DNA of 64,000 bases from Candidatus Limnocylindrales bacterium (GCA_035699445.1 DASSPX010000123.1:35777-99776), one strand, 5' to 3'. Shown: positions 27,394-37,295, numbered from the stretch's first letter. Numbers and translations are program-made. Notes: a model not told the origin generated them from the letters alone.

Positions 27394-28665
27394 TCACCGG
27401 CCGGTGAGCGACGCCCGGCGCAGGTCGGCGACCGGGGCGAACGCCAGGCCGATCACGATCACCACGCCGCCGATGAGCACGAGTGCGGTGCCGGCACCGA
27501 CGGTGTCGATGAGCAGACCGCCAACGACGAGCCCCACCGGCTGGAGGCCGAGCGAGATCGTGCGCGCCGTGCTGCCGATCCGGCCCAGCAGCGCATCCGG
27601 CGAGGCGACGGTCCGGAGCGTGATGTACGTCACGAGGATGGTCGTCTGGCTCACGCCGCCCACGAACGCCGCGACGAGCAGCGGCGCCAGGTCCGGGAGC
27701 AGCCCGGACGCCATGACCGCGGCGCCGGTGCCCAGATTGCCGAGCAGGAGCGTAAGGCCCACGACGCGCCGCCGCAGCCGGGCCGCCAGCAGCGCGCCGG
27801 TCACGGTGCCCACCCCGAACGCCGTGAGCACGAGCCCAAGGGCGGCCTCGTCGAGGCCGAGCTCGCGGGTGACGTGGTACGTGAGCGCCGCGACGAGCGG
27901 CGCGAGGGTCACGCTCGTGAGCCCCCAGAAGGCGACGGCGGCGCGCAGGACGCGATGGCCGGCCAGGTAGGCAATTCCCTCCCGGATGTCGGCGCGGATG
28001 CTCGTCGTGGGGCGGTCCCCGGGCGCGCGCAGCGAGCGTCCGATGAGCAGGATCCCCAGCGCGGACACGAGAAAGGACACCGCATCCACGGCCAGCGTCA
28101 GGCCCGGGCCGATCGCGCTCGCGAGGAGGCCGGCGACCGCCGGGCCCAGGATGTAGCCGAAGCTGTACACGGCCTCGAAGACGGCGTTCGCGCTGCCCAC
28201 CTGCGACCGCCCGACGATCGCGGGCACCGATGCCGTGTAGCCGGCGAGGAACAGCGCACGGAGCATGCTCATGGGCGCGGCCACGACGAGGACCACGGCG
28301 AGCGTCGGGCCGCCCAGGAGCACCGAGATCGGGATGAGCGCGGTCAGGATGGCGCGCCCGAAGTCGGCGAGGAACATCATCCGTCGCCGATCGCTCCGGT
28401 CGGCGAGTGCGCCGGCCACCATGCCGAACACGAGGTCGGGGAGCGTCTGGAGCGCACCGACGATGCCCATCGCGAGGCCGGAGCCGGTCAGCGCGAGCAC
28501 GAGCAACGGCAGCGCGGTGAAGCTCACGGCGTCACCCAGCGCGGAGATCGCCTGGCTGCCCAGCAGCGCGCGGAAGTCGCGGTTCCCGCGCAACGGCAGC
28601 GGCCGCGACGCCTGGGCGGCGTCGTGGCCGGGGGGTCGAACCGGGCTGGCGGGTGCGGAGGTCAC
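27394..28665 (-). CDS. MFS transporter (EntS/MFS_3-like exporter)
   Basis: 12 TM helices. FRALLGSQAISALGDAVSFTALPLLVL... is typical of enterobactin-exporter-type MFS proteins. Confidence 0.85.
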   Translation of the reverse strand: MTSAPASPVRPPGHDAAQASRPLPLRGNRDFRALLGSQAISALGDAVSFTALPLLVLALTGSGLAMGIVGALQTLPDLVFGMVAGALADRSDRRRMMFLADFGRAILTALIPISVLLGGPTLAVVLVVAAPMSMLRALFLAGYTASVPAIVGRSQVGSANAVFEAVYSFGYILGPAVAGLLASAIGPGLTLAVDAVSFLVSALGILLIGRSLRAPGDRPTTSIRADIREGIAYLAGHRVLRAAVAFWGLTSVTLAPLVAALTYHVTRELGLDEAALGLVLTAFGVGTVTGALLAARLRRRVVGLTLLLGNLGTGAAVMASGLLPDLAPLLVAAFVGGVSQTTILVTYITLRTVASPDALLGRIGSTARTISLGLQPVGLVVGGLLIDTVGAGTALVLIGGVVIVIGLAFAPVADLRRASLTGR

Positions 28666-28777
28666 GGCAGCCGGAGGATCGCACCTGCAGCCGTCCGCGC
28701 GACGGCGTCCGGGCGCGCGATACTCCGCCGCGGACGTGGGGGTGCGGATCCGGGAGCTGCGATGAGGGAGGGTGTGG

Positions 28778-29437
28778 ATGGACGGACGGAAGGCGGTCGC
28801 CGAGCTGGTGGGGACGTTCCTGTTCCTCCTGGTCGGCTACCTCTCGGTAGTGGCGTTCGGGGCGGCGGAGGCGCCGGGCCTGCTCGTGGTCCCGTTCTCG
28901 TTCGGGCTCGGGCTCCTCGCGGCGATCTTCATGGTCGGCCACATCTCGGGCGCCCACTTCAACCCGGCGGTGACGCTCGCGATGGCGCTCGACCGGCGGA
29001 CCGCGCCCGCCGAGGCGCTCGCGTACGTCGTGGCGCAGATCGCCGGCGCGGTCGGGGCGGGGCTGGTGGTTCTCGGCCTGTACGGCCAGGAGGCCGTTCG
29101 CGCCGGGATCACGGCGCCCGGTGCGGGCACGGCGGACCTGGCGGCGCTCGTCATCGAGGTGCTGCTGACGGCCGCGTTCCTGCTCGTGATTCTGACCGCG
29201 ACGAAGCGGTCGCCCTCGCTCGCGCCGCTTGCGATCCCGCTCACGCTCGTGGCGATCCACTTCGCGGCGGCACCCCTGAGCGGCGCGTCCGTCAACCCCG
29301 CGCGCTCGATCGGGTCGGCGCTCGCGGGCGGCGACCTCGGCGCGCTGTGGATCTACCTCGTCGGACCGCTTGGCGGCGGGGCGCTCGGCTGGGCGCTGTT
29401 CCGGGTGCTCGACGGGTTCGCGCCGGACGCCGGATGA
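28778..29437 (+). CDS. aqpZ: aquaporin / MIP family channel
   Basis: Two NPA boxes (SGAHFNPAVT and ASVNPARS). GAGGGAGGG upstream of ATG 28778. Confidence 0.85.
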   Translation: MDGRKAVAELVGTFLFLLVGYLSVVAFGAAEAPGLLVVPFSFGLGLLAAIFMVGHISGAHFNPAVTLAMALDRRTAPAEALAYVVAQIAGAVGAGLVVLGLYGQEAVRAGITAPGAGTADLAALVIEVLLTAAFLLVILTATKRSPSLAPLAIPLTLVAIHFAAAPLSGASVNPARSIGSALAGGDLGALWIYLVGPLGGGALGWALFRVLDGFAPDAG

Positions 29438-29539
29438 CGCCCACCGGTGGGTTCCCCCCGCCGGTGGAATGAAGCCGCGAGCGCCAGATGGGGCGGGAAC
29501 GCCGCATCCGTCAGTCCGGGGCGTGCAGGCTGCCCCTCG

Positions 29540-29764
29540 ATGGACCCGACGATCGCTCCCATCCTGTTCATGGGCTTTCTCGTCGCCATCGGGCTCACCG
29601 GCTACGAGCTTCGCGCCGCCACCGAGCCCCCGGCCTGCCCGGAGTGCGGGCACTGCCGGCAGGTCGCGGAGGTGAGGCGACAGCGCGAGGCGGAGCTGCG
29701 CGAGTGGTACGCACGCCGCTCGGGCCTCGGTGAGCGCGAGGACGACGACCGGCGCGCCCGGTAG
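29540..29764 (+). CDS. small membrane-anchored Cys-rich protein (74 aa)
   Basis: MDPTIAPILFMGFLVAIGLTGYEL (one TM) then PPACPECGHCRQV and a charged tail. Weak RBS. Start uncertain (GTG 29447 alternative). Confidence 0.35.
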   Translation: MDPTIAPILFMGFLVAIGLTGYELRAATEPPACPECGHCRQVAEVRRQREAELREWYARRSGLGEREDDDRRAR

Positions 29765-29773
29765 CCCGGGGCG

Positions 29774-30844
29774 TCAGCCAGTCTGACCCGGAACCGCCTC
29801 TGTCACCGGGGTCGCTGCGCTCGACGCCGGTTCATTCGCCGCGCCCGGCTCGGCCAGCCAGCACGCCGCCGCCTGTCCGCCGCCGACGTCGAACAGCGGC
29901 GGCTCCTCGCGTGTGCAGCGCTCGAAGGCGAGCGGGCAGCGCGGATGGAACCGGCAGCCGTTCGGGACGTGCGCTGCATCCGGTGTCTCGCCGGCAAGGA
30001 TCGTGCGCCGGGCCCGCTCGCCGGGTGCCGGGGGCGTGGGCGAGGGTGACACGGACACCAGTGCCTGCGTGTACGGGTTGCGGGGCGAGCGGATGACCTG
30101 CTCCGCCGGCCCGATCTCCATCACCTTGCCCAGGTACATCACGGCGATCCGGTCGGCGATCACCCACGCGAGCGACAGGTCGTGGGTGATGAACAGGTAC
30201 GTCAACCCCCGCTCGCGGCGCAGGTCGAGCATCAGCCGCAGCAGCTCGGTCCGGATCGACACGTCGAGCATCGACACCGGCTCGTCCGCCACGACGAGCT
30301 GGGGATCCATCACGAGCGCCCCGGCGATCACCACCCGCTGGCGCTGGCCACCCGACAGCTCGTGCGGATAGCGGAAGGCGAAGTCCGCCGCGGGCCGGAG
30401 TCCGGCCGCGTCGAGCGCATCGAGCACCCGCTGCTCCCGCTCCTGCCGGTCCCGGCCGATCCGGTTCACCTCGAGCGGCTCGATGACGAAGTCGTGGACG
30501 GTCTGCTTCGGGTTCAGCGTCTCGTACGGGTCCTGGAAGATGAGCTGGACCCGCCGCCGGTAGTCGCGCAGCCGGCGCTGCCCCCACAGGCCGGACACGT
30601 CGCGTCCACCCACGACCACCCTGCCCTCGGTCTGGCGGGTGAGCTTCACGATCACCCGGCCGGTGGTCGTCTTCCCCGAACCGGATTCGCCCACGAGCGC
30701 GAGCACCTCGCCCTCCTGGATCGAGAGGTCGATGCCGTCGACCGCCCGGACGACGCCGTGGGACCGGCGCAGCACCGCGTCGAGGATCCCGAGGCGGATC
30801 GGGAAGTGGACCTTGAGCCCCTCGAGGCGGACGAGCTCGGTCAC
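29774..30844 (-). CDS. dppF: oligopeptide/dipeptide ABC transporter ATP-binding protein
   Basis: Walker A GESGSGKTT, signature LSGGQRQRV, Walker B LVVADEPVSMLD, Opp C-terminal domain. GTG 30844 overlaps the dppD stop (GTGA). Confidence 0.85.
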   Translation of the reverse strand: MTELVRLEGLKVHFPIRLGILDAVLRRSHGVVRAVDGIDLSIQEGEVLALVGESGSGKTTTGRVIVKLTRQTEGRVVVGGRDVSGLWGQRRLRDYRRRVQLIFQDPYETLNPKQTVHDFVIEPLEVNRIGRDRQEREQRVLDALDAAGLRPAADFAFRYPHELSGGQRQRVVIAGALVMDPQLVVADEPVSMLDVSIRTELLRLMLDLRRERGLTYLFITHDLSLAWVIADRIAVMYLGKVMEIGPAEQVIRSPRNPYTQALVSVSPSPTPPAPGERARRTILAGETPDAAHVPNGCRFHPRCPLAFERCTREEPPLFDVGGGQAAACWLAEPGAANEPASSAATPVTEAVPGQTG

Positions 30845-31986
30845 GCCTCCTGCACCTCGATCCCCACGACCGACTCGGTGACGTCGATCACGGGCGGCAC
30901 GGTGGCCGCGGCCTCGGGCGGGTACAGGTGGCAGGCGACGCGAACGCCGTCGGCAAACCGGACCTCCGGCGGCACGACCTCGGTGCACACCGGCATCGCC
31001 GCCGGACAGCGGGCGGCGAACCGGCAGCCGGGCGGCGGTTCGCGAAGGTCCGGCGGCTGGCCGGGGATGACGTCAAGCGTCCGACGATCGGTCCGGATGT
31101 TGGGGAACGAGGCGAGCAGCTTCTGGGTGTACGGGTGGCGGGGCGCGGTAAACACCCGGCCGACCGGACCTTCCTCGGCGACCCGGCCCGCGTACATCAC
31201 GAGCACCCGATCGCACGTCTCGGCGATCACCGACAGATCGTGCGTGATCAGGATGAGCGACAGCCCGAGGTCCGCCCGAAGCCGCTCGAACAGCTCGAGG
31301 ATCTGGGCCTGGACCATGACGTCGAGGGCCGTCGTCGGCTCGTCGCCGATGACGATCGCGGGATCGCAGGCGAGCGACATCGCGATCATCGCGCGCTGGC
31401 GCATGCCCCCCGAAAGCTCGTGCGGGTAGGCGGCTCCCCGCCGGCGCGGGATGCCCACGTACTCGAGGAGGTCGCCGGCCTTTCGGCGCGCGGCCGCCTC
31501 CGTTTCCCCCAGCCGGACGACGATCGGCTCGGCGATCTGGTCGCGGATGCGGCGGACCGGGTTGAGCGCGTTCATCGCTCCCTGGAACACGATGCTGATC
31601 TCGCGCCACCGGTACCGCGCCAGCGCCCGCTCCGACTTCGGCACGAGGTCGATCCCGTACAGCCGGACGCTGCCTCCCCGGATCCGACCGTTCGGCGGCA
31701 GGAGGCGCACGAGCGACAGCGCGGTCGTCGTCTTGCCGCATCCGGATTCCCCGGCGATGCCGAGCGCCTCGCCGTAGTCGAGCGCGAACGAGACGCCGTC
31801 GACGGCCTTGACCGAGCCGCCGGCCAGCCGGAAGCGGACCGACAGGTCGTCGACCGCAAGGAGCGGGGCCGCGGGATCCGCGAGCTTCGGCAGGTCGCGG
31901 GCCCGCCGGCCAGCCCGACCCGCCGCGACCCCCACCGCCGGCGGTCCACCGACGACCGGCGGTCCTCCGGTCCCGGGCGCGGTCAC
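30841..31986 (-). CDS. dppD: oligopeptide/dipeptide ABC transporter ATP-binding protein
   Basis: Walker A GESGCGKTT, signature LSGGMRQRA, Walker B IVIGDEPTTALD. GTG 31986 overlaps the dppC stop (GTGA). Confidence 0.85.
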   Translation of the reverse strand: MTAPGTGGPPVVGGPPAVGVAAGRAGRRARDLPKLADPAAPLLAVDDLSVRFRLAGGSVKAVDGVSFALDYGEALGIAGESGCGKTTTALSLVRLLPPNGRIRGGSVRLYGIDLVPKSERALARYRWREISIVFQGAMNALNPVRRIRDQIAEPIVVRLGETEAAARRKAGDLLEYVGIPRRRGAAYPHELSGGMRQRAMIAMSLACDPAIVIGDEPTTALDVMVQAQILELFERLRADLGLSLILITHDLSVIAETCDRVLVMYAGRVAEEGPVGRVFTAPRHPYTQKLLASFPNIRTDRRTLDVIPGQPPDLREPPPGCRFAARCPAAMPVCTEVVPPEVRFADGVRVACHLYPPEAAATVPPVIDVTESVVGIEVQEA

Positions 31987-32930
31987 CGCCGCCCTCGCAG
32001 CTTCGGGTTCAGGACGTCGTCCAGCGCGCCGCCCACGAGCGTGAACGCGAGGACGACGAGCACGATGCACGTCGCGGGCGGAATTACGAACCACCACGCC
32101 CCCAGCCCGGCCGCGCCGGCGGCCTGGGCGGAGTTGAGCAGCAATCCCCAGGACGGCTGGAACGGGTCGCCGAGGCCGATGAACGAGAGGGTCGTCTCCG
32201 TCAGCACGGCGCTCGCGAACACGAGCACGGCATTGGCGACGATGAGGTTCACGACGTTGGGCAGGATGTGGCGGCGCATGATCGCGGCGTTGCCCGCGCC
32301 CACGACCCGCGCACGGTCCACGAATGCCCGCTCACGGAGTGACAGGGTCTGGCTGCGGACGATCCGCGCCGTCGACGCCCAGGACGTGATCCCGATCACG
32401 ACGACGATCACGATCAGGGTCACGCGCATGCCCAGGATCTCGCTCTGCGCGCCGATGAGCTCGATGAGGATCGGCGCCAGGATGAGCGCGAGCACGAACG
32501 TGGGGAGCACGAGGAAGAAGTCGGCGAAGCGCATGAGGACCGCGTCGAGCACGCCGCCCACGAATCCCGACACGATCCCGATGAGCGACCCGATCGCGAC
32601 CGTGATCACGGTCGCGAGCAGCCCGATGAGCATCGACACGCGCGTGCCGTGCACGGTGAGGTTCAGCAGGTCCTTGCCCAGGTCATCGGTGCCAAGGATG
32701 TGTCGCGGCGTGGGAGCCGCGAGGCGATCGCCGGTGGCCGAGGTGGCGGTTTCCAAGGGGCCGACGAACAGCTCGGGGGCGATCGCGAGCACCGCGAACA
32801 CGACCAGGATGAGCGAGCCGACGAGACCGTCCGGACGCGACAGGAACCGCGCGGCAAACTCCCGCACCGCCCGCGCACGGAGCCGCAGCCGGGCGGTGCG
32901 GACGTCGACCGGCGCCGTGCCGGCACTCAC
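31983..32930 (-). CDS. dppC: oligopeptide/dipeptide ABC transporter permease
   Basis: BPD_transp_1 permease (HILGTDDLGKD...SVTAGS-like region, 6 TM). GTG 32930 overlaps the dppB stop (GTGA). Confidence 0.85.
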   Translation of the reverse strand: MSAGTAPVDVRTARLRLRARAVREFAARFLSRPDGLVGSLILVVFAVLAIAPELFVGPLETATSATGDRLAAPTPRHILGTDDLGKDLLNLTVHGTRVSMLIGLLATVITVAIGSLIGIVSGFVGGVLDAVLMRFADFFLVLPTFVLALILAPILIELIGAQSEILGMRVTLIVIVVVIGITSWASTARIVRSQTLSLRERAFVDRARVVGAGNAAIMRRHILPNVVNLIVANAVLVFASAVLTETTLSFIGLGDPFQPSWGLLLNSAQAAGAAGLGAWWFVIPPATCIVLVVLAFTLVGGALDDVLNPKLRGRR

Positions 32931-33901
32931 GTCCGGACCCTCGGGTCGAGCACGCCGTACAGGAGGTCGGCGAGCAGGTTCGCGACGACGACCGACACGG
33001 CGAGGAGCAGGAACACGCCCTGGAGCACCGGGTAGTCCCGCGCGCTGAGCGCGGTCACGGCGAGCGTCCCGAGCCCCGGCCAGTTGAAGACCACCTCGGC
33101 CGTGATCGCCCCGGCGATCACGTAGCCCAACTGGATCGCGACGACGGTCACGGCGGGCAGGATCGCGTTGGGCAGGGCGTGGTGGCGAAGGATCCGGCCT
33201 TCGCGCAGCCCCTTTGCCCGGGCCGTCTGGACGTAGTCCTCCGCGAGCGTCTCGATGATCGCGGAGCGCATGAGGATCGAGTACAGCCCGATGAGCCCGA
33301 GCGACACCGTGGCGAGCGGCAGGGCGAAGTGCGCCGCGAAGTCGAGCAGCTGGTCCGCCGGCCCTGCGTAGGACGCGCCGGAGGTGAGCATCCCGCTCGT
33401 CGGGAACCAGCCGAGGGTTCGTGAGAAGACCATGAGCAGGAGCATCCCGAGCACGAAGTACGGCATCGAGTACAGGACGAGCGACAGGCCGTTGCCGAGA
33501 TAGTCGATCGGCCCACCCCGGCGCCACCCGGCATACGCCCCGAGCGACAGGCCGACCACGATCGCGATCGCCTCGCCGGCGCCGAAGAGCAGGATCGTGG
33601 GCCAGATCCTGTCGCCGATCACCTCGGTAACAGGGGCCCCGCGGTACTTGAACGAATAGCCGAGGTCCCCTCGGGAGACGTCGCCGAGGTAGGCGACGAA
33701 CTGGTCAGGAAAGACGGGCTTGTCCAGTCCCCACCGAACGCGAAGCTCGGCCTTCGCCTCAGCGGTCAGGTTGGGGTTGCGCGTGATGCTGCGCTCCGGC
33801 GAGCCCGGCATGAGCCGGAACAGGAAGAAGTTGAGAACGAGGATCAGCAGGATCGTCAGCACCGCCTGGACGACACGGCGAACCAGGAAGCTGGACCCCA
33901 T
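32927..33901 (-). CDS. dppB: oligopeptide/dipeptide ABC transporter permease
   Basis: MGSSFLVRRVVQAVLTILLILVLNFFLFRLMPGSP... is the canonical DppB/OppB N-terminus. ATG 33901. Confidence 0.85.
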   Translation of the reverse strand: MGSSFLVRRVVQAVLTILLILVLNFFLFRLMPGSPERSITRNPNLTAEAKAELRVRWGLDKPVFPDQFVAYLGDVSRGDLGYSFKYRGAPVTEVIGDRIWPTILLFGAGEAIAIVVGLSLGAYAGWRRGGPIDYLGNGLSLVLYSMPYFVLGMLLLMVFSRTLGWFPTSGMLTSGASYAGPADQLLDFAAHFALPLATVSLGLIGLYSILMRSAIIETLAEDYVQTARAKGLREGRILRHHALPNAILPAVTVVAIQLGYVIAGAITAEVVFNWPGLGTLAVTALSARDYPVLQGVFLLLAVSVVVANLLADLLYGVLDPRVRT

Positions 33902-33998
33902 GTCGCTCGCTCAGCCGGGCGCTGCGGGCGAACACCGGAGGGCCATGACGAGGCAGCCCTCGGGATCCGCATGCATCACGAACGCGCGACCGTCGCCG

Positions 33999-35894
33999 TC
34001 ACTCCTCCTCGGTCGTCGGCCCGCGGCGGCGGAACAGGACGAGCCCGACCGCGAGGATCGCCACCACGGCGAGGACGCCCACGATCAGGAGCGTCGAGTC
34101 GCCGCCCGACGCGGTCGGCTCGGCGCCGGGGCTCGGCGCCGGGGTTGCCGCACCGGCCGACGGCGAACCAGCCGGCTGGCTCGGCTCGGGACTTGGCTCG
34201 GCCGCTGTGAGCAGCGTGTAGTCGAGGGGCCCGTAGACGAACAGGGGCACGCCGTTGCTCGGCTGGTTCTGCCAGCCTCCGAAGCGATCGGTGCGATAGG
34301 CGTCCAGCTGGGCGTCGTAGAACAGGATGTGGTATGGCGCGTCGTCGTAGATGATGGCCTGCATCTCGTCCATGTAGCGCTTGCGCTCGGCCGGGTCGCT
34401 CGTCGCGTTCTGGAGCGCGTACAGCTCGTCATACCGAGGGTTGCAGTACATGCTGTCGCTTGATGCGCCGATCTCGTCGCACTTGAAGATGCTGAGGAGG
34501 GAGTTCGGGTCGACGTCACCGCCCCACGACCAGATGAACAGGTCATAGTCGGCGGTGTACTCCTCGCCCGCCTCCGGCGGCAGCATCTTGTCGATCAGCG
34601 TGTCCTGGTCGTACTGCTGGCTGTTGACCACGATGCCGAGCTGGCCGAACCAGTCGGCCACGAACTCCGCTGCCTGGGCGAAGGTCTCCTCGGAGTCCGG
34701 GAATACGAGCTCGAGCACGATCGGGTTGCCGTCCTTGTCGAGGCGGGCACCTGCGTCGTTGAGCACGTACCCGGCCGCGTCGAGCTTCTGGCGAGCCAGC
34801 TCCATGTCGAACGTCCGCGGGGTTGCCGGGGGCGTATGCCAGGCCGTCTGGAATGGCGGGACCTGGGTCGTGCCCACCTCGCCATAGCCGCCGAGGATCC
34901 GTTCGACGAGCAGCTCCTTGTCGATCGCGTAGCCGAGCGCATCGCGGAAGGCGGCGTCGAGCAGGGCGGGCGTGGACGGCCCGCCGTTCGGGATGGTCTT
35001 GCCCGTCCCGGTCCCGTACGTGTTGAACCCGAGCTCGGTGAAGCCGTTCGTCGTCCCGGCCACGGTCACGATGTTCGGCTGCCCGGTCAGCTGGTTGAAT
35101 TGATCCGGCAGCACGGCGCGCGCGTAATCGAGCTCGCCGTTCTGGAGGGCCTGGACCATCGTGTCCACAGCGTTCGCGTAGAACTGGATGATGACCTCGT
35201 CGGCGGCGCCCTGACGGCCGGTGAAGTGCTCGTTGCGGACGAACCGGACCGACTGGCCGATCTGCCACTCGACGGCCTGGTACGGTCCCGAGCCGACGAC
35301 GGGGGGCTCGTTCTGGAAGTCGCCGATCGTGTCGAGCGTCTGGCCTTCCCAGATGTGCTTGGGCAGGATCGGGACGTAGTTGGGGATGAGCCGCGTCGTG
35401 GGCGCAGAGACCTCGACCACGAAGGTCTGCGAGTCCGGTGCCGAAACGGCCGTGACCCCGGCATCGCCGAGGTAGTAGTCGATGTAGCCCAGCCCGACCG
35501 ACGTCTCGGCCGCAAGGGCGTCGAGCACCAGCTGGTAGGTCCAGCGCGCGTCCTCCGCCGTGGCCGGCGTGCCGTCGGACCACTTCTTGTCGGGCGAGAT
35601 CGTGAACGTCCAGGTCAGCCCGTCTTCGGACTCCTCCCACGACTCGGCGAACGCGGGCATCGGGGCCAGGTTCTCGTCCCAGTACGCGATCGTCTCGTAG
35701 TTGAGCGTGTACGCCTCGAACCCGACGGTCAGCGCCGTCCCCCACGGGTTCATCGAGTCGAGGTCCTGCGTCGTGCCGACCCGCAGGACGAGGGGCTCCT
35801 GGGCAGCGACCGGAACGGCCGGCAGGAGCAGGGCGGCGAGGACGCCGAACGCGGCGAGCACGCGTCCGACCCGGCGGCGATGGGCCACGACCAT
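33999..35894 (-). CDS. dppA: peptide ABC transporter substrate-binding protein (family 5) with C-terminal Pro/Ala-rich linker and TM anchor
   Basis: ATG 35894 with GGAGGAG 8 nt upstream. Signal peptide. SBP_bac_5 body. C-terminus ...AEPSPEPSQPAGSPSAGAATPAPSPGAEPTASGGDSTLLIVGVLAVVAILAVGLVLFRRRGPTTEEE. Confidence 0.85.
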   Translation of the reverse strand: MVVAHRRRVGRVLAAFGVLAALLLPAVPVAAQEPLVLRVGTTQDLDSMNPWGTALTVGFEAYTLNYETIAYWDENLAPMPAFAESWEESEDGLTWTFTISPDKKWSDGTPATAEDARWTYQLVLDALAAETSVGLGYIDYYLGDAGVTAVSAPDSQTFVVEVSAPTTRLIPNYVPILPKHIWEGQTLDTIGDFQNEPPVVGSGPYQAVEWQIGQSVRFVRNEHFTGRQGAADEVIIQFYANAVDTMVQALQNGELDYARAVLPDQFNQLTGQPNIVTVAGTTNGFTELGFNTYGTGTGKTIPNGGPSTPALLDAAFRDALGYAIDKELLVERILGGYGEVGTTQVPPFQTAWHTPPATPRTFDMELARQKLDAAGYVLNDAGARLDKDGNPIVLELVFPDSEETFAQAAEFVADWFGQLGIVVNSQQYDQDTLIDKMLPPEAGEEYTADYDLFIWSWGGDVDPNSLLSIFKCDEIGASSDSMYCNPRYDELYALQNATSDPAERKRYMDEMQAIIYDDAPYHILFYDAQLDAYRTDRFGGWQNQPSNGVPLFVYGPLDYTLLTAAEPSPEPSQPAGSPSAGAATPAPSPGAEPTASGGDSTLLIVGVLAVVAILAVGLVLFRRRGPTTEEE

Positions 35895-36050
35895 GCGGCG
35901 AGCTCCTCCTCTTCCGTCCGCCGCCGGGCCTCCCACCCGTCGTGCGGTCAACGACCCGCTGCCCGAGCGTGTGCCCGGCAGGGTCGCACAGGCCCCGGGG
36001 GCGATGCAACGGGTGTCGCAGTTCGCGACGGCTCCTGGGAACCGGTGCCG

Positions 36051-37295
36051 CTAGATCACGAAGGTCGGCGCGCCGGACGGCTCGCGCAGCGCCGGCCGAT
36101 CGATGGCGAACCCGGACAGCTCGCTTGCCGACGGTGTGGTGCCGTCGAGGACGAGCTCGGCGAGGATCCGCCCGAGCACCGACGCAAACTTGTACGCGTG
36201 CGCCGAGCCGAGGCACAGGTACGTGCTCGGCAGACCGGGCACCCGATCGAGCACGAAGTCGCGATCCGGCGTGAGCGTGTACAGGCAGGTTCGCGACGTT
36301 GCGACCCGGCCGCCCCCGGCCGGACCGAGGTCGGGCAGCCGCGCGTCGAGGAAATCGGCCATGCGCTGCTCCGCAGCGGCGTCCGGCCGGAACGTGCGCG
36401 TGGCGTGGGTGACGACACGCCCGCCCACGTCCTGCCCCACCTTGGGGCCGGGCGCGGCATGCGTCGGGAAGCCGTAGAAGCTGGGCTCGTCCATCCAGAT
36501 CCAGACCGGGAACCGGTCCGGCCCGAACCGCTCCGGAGCCCGGGCGGGCAGGAACCAGCTCACGTGCTCCTCGGTGATCGTCAGCGGCAGCGTCTGCCCG
36601 AGCGGCTCCAGCAGCTCGTTGGTCCAGGAATCGGTGGCCAGGATCACGCTGCCCGACTCGAGGCGCTGGCCGTCCTCCAGGGCCAGGCGCAGGGCGGTCC
36701 CGTTCGCGATCGCATCGATCCGCTGGACCGCCGCCCCGAAGCGGAGGGTGGCACCGCCGGCCGACGCCAGGGAGCGATGCGCGGCATTGCCACGGGACGG
36801 GTCGGCGATGCCGGCATCAGCCTGGTAGAGGCCGACGGTGTCGTCGCCGATCCGCCAGACGGGCCAGCGCCGCCGGATCTCCGGTGCGTCGAGCCGCTCG
36901 AAGGAGATGCCTTCCGCGGCCAGGCTCGCAGCGTATTCGCGCAGGTCGATCGCCACGCCCGCCCGCGGCTCGGCCGGGCCGAGATCGAGTCCCCCCGTTC
37001 GCCGGACGATCTGCTCGTTCGCGTCCCGCTCGATCGCGGCCCAGCTGTCGTAGGCGCGTTGGGCGAGGCGGACGTACTCCCGCCGGTGGTAGGAGAGCCG
37101 GATGATCCGGCTCACGTCCTCGCTCGCCCCGTGGCGGTGGCCGGGCTCGTACCGGTCGAGGCCGAGGACCCGCAGTCCGGGCCGCGCAGCGCGGGCCAGC
37201 CAGCACGCGGCGGCCGACCCGATGCCGCCCAGACCGACGACGACCACGTCCCAGCGGGTGCCGTGGAGGCGGTCGCGGCGCGCGCTTCCGCTCAC
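36051..37295 (-). CDS. FAD-dependent oxidoreductase (monomeric sarcosine oxidase / N-methyltryptophan oxidase-like)
   Basis: N-terminal dinucleotide fold WDVVVVGLGGIGSAAACWLA. DAO-family length. GTG 37295 overlaps the upstream NUDIX stop (GTGA). Confidence 0.8.
   Translation of the reverse strand: MSGSARRDRLHGTRWDVVVVGLGGIGSAAACWLARAARPGLRVLGLDRYEPGHRHGASEDVSRIIRLSYHRREYVRLAQRAYDSWAAIERDANEQIVRRTGGLDLGPAEPRAGVAIDLREYAASLAAEGISFERLDAPEIRRRWPVWRIGDDTVGLYQADAGIADPSRGNAAHRSLASAGGATLRFGAAVQRIDAIANGTALRLALEDGQRLESGSVILATDSWTNELLEPLGQTLPLTITEEHVSWFLPARAPERFGPDRFPVWIWMDEPSFYGFPTHAAPGPKVGQDVGGRVVTHATRTFRPDAAAEQRMADFLDARLPDLGPAGGGRVATSRTCLYTLTPDRDFVLDRVPGLPSTYLCLGSAHAYKFASVLGRILAELVLDGTTPSASELSGFAIDRPALREPSGAPTFVI

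Noticed and set aside
34543-36216. Long ORFs overlapping dppA/FAD oxidoreductase (similar cases at 47782..50358 −, 13348..14577 −, 1031..2458 +, 36056..37337 +)
   Set aside because: All have low-complexity Arg/Ala/Gly/Pro translations antisense to, or out of frame with, genes that have clear family signatures. High GC suppresses stop codons in non-coding frames.
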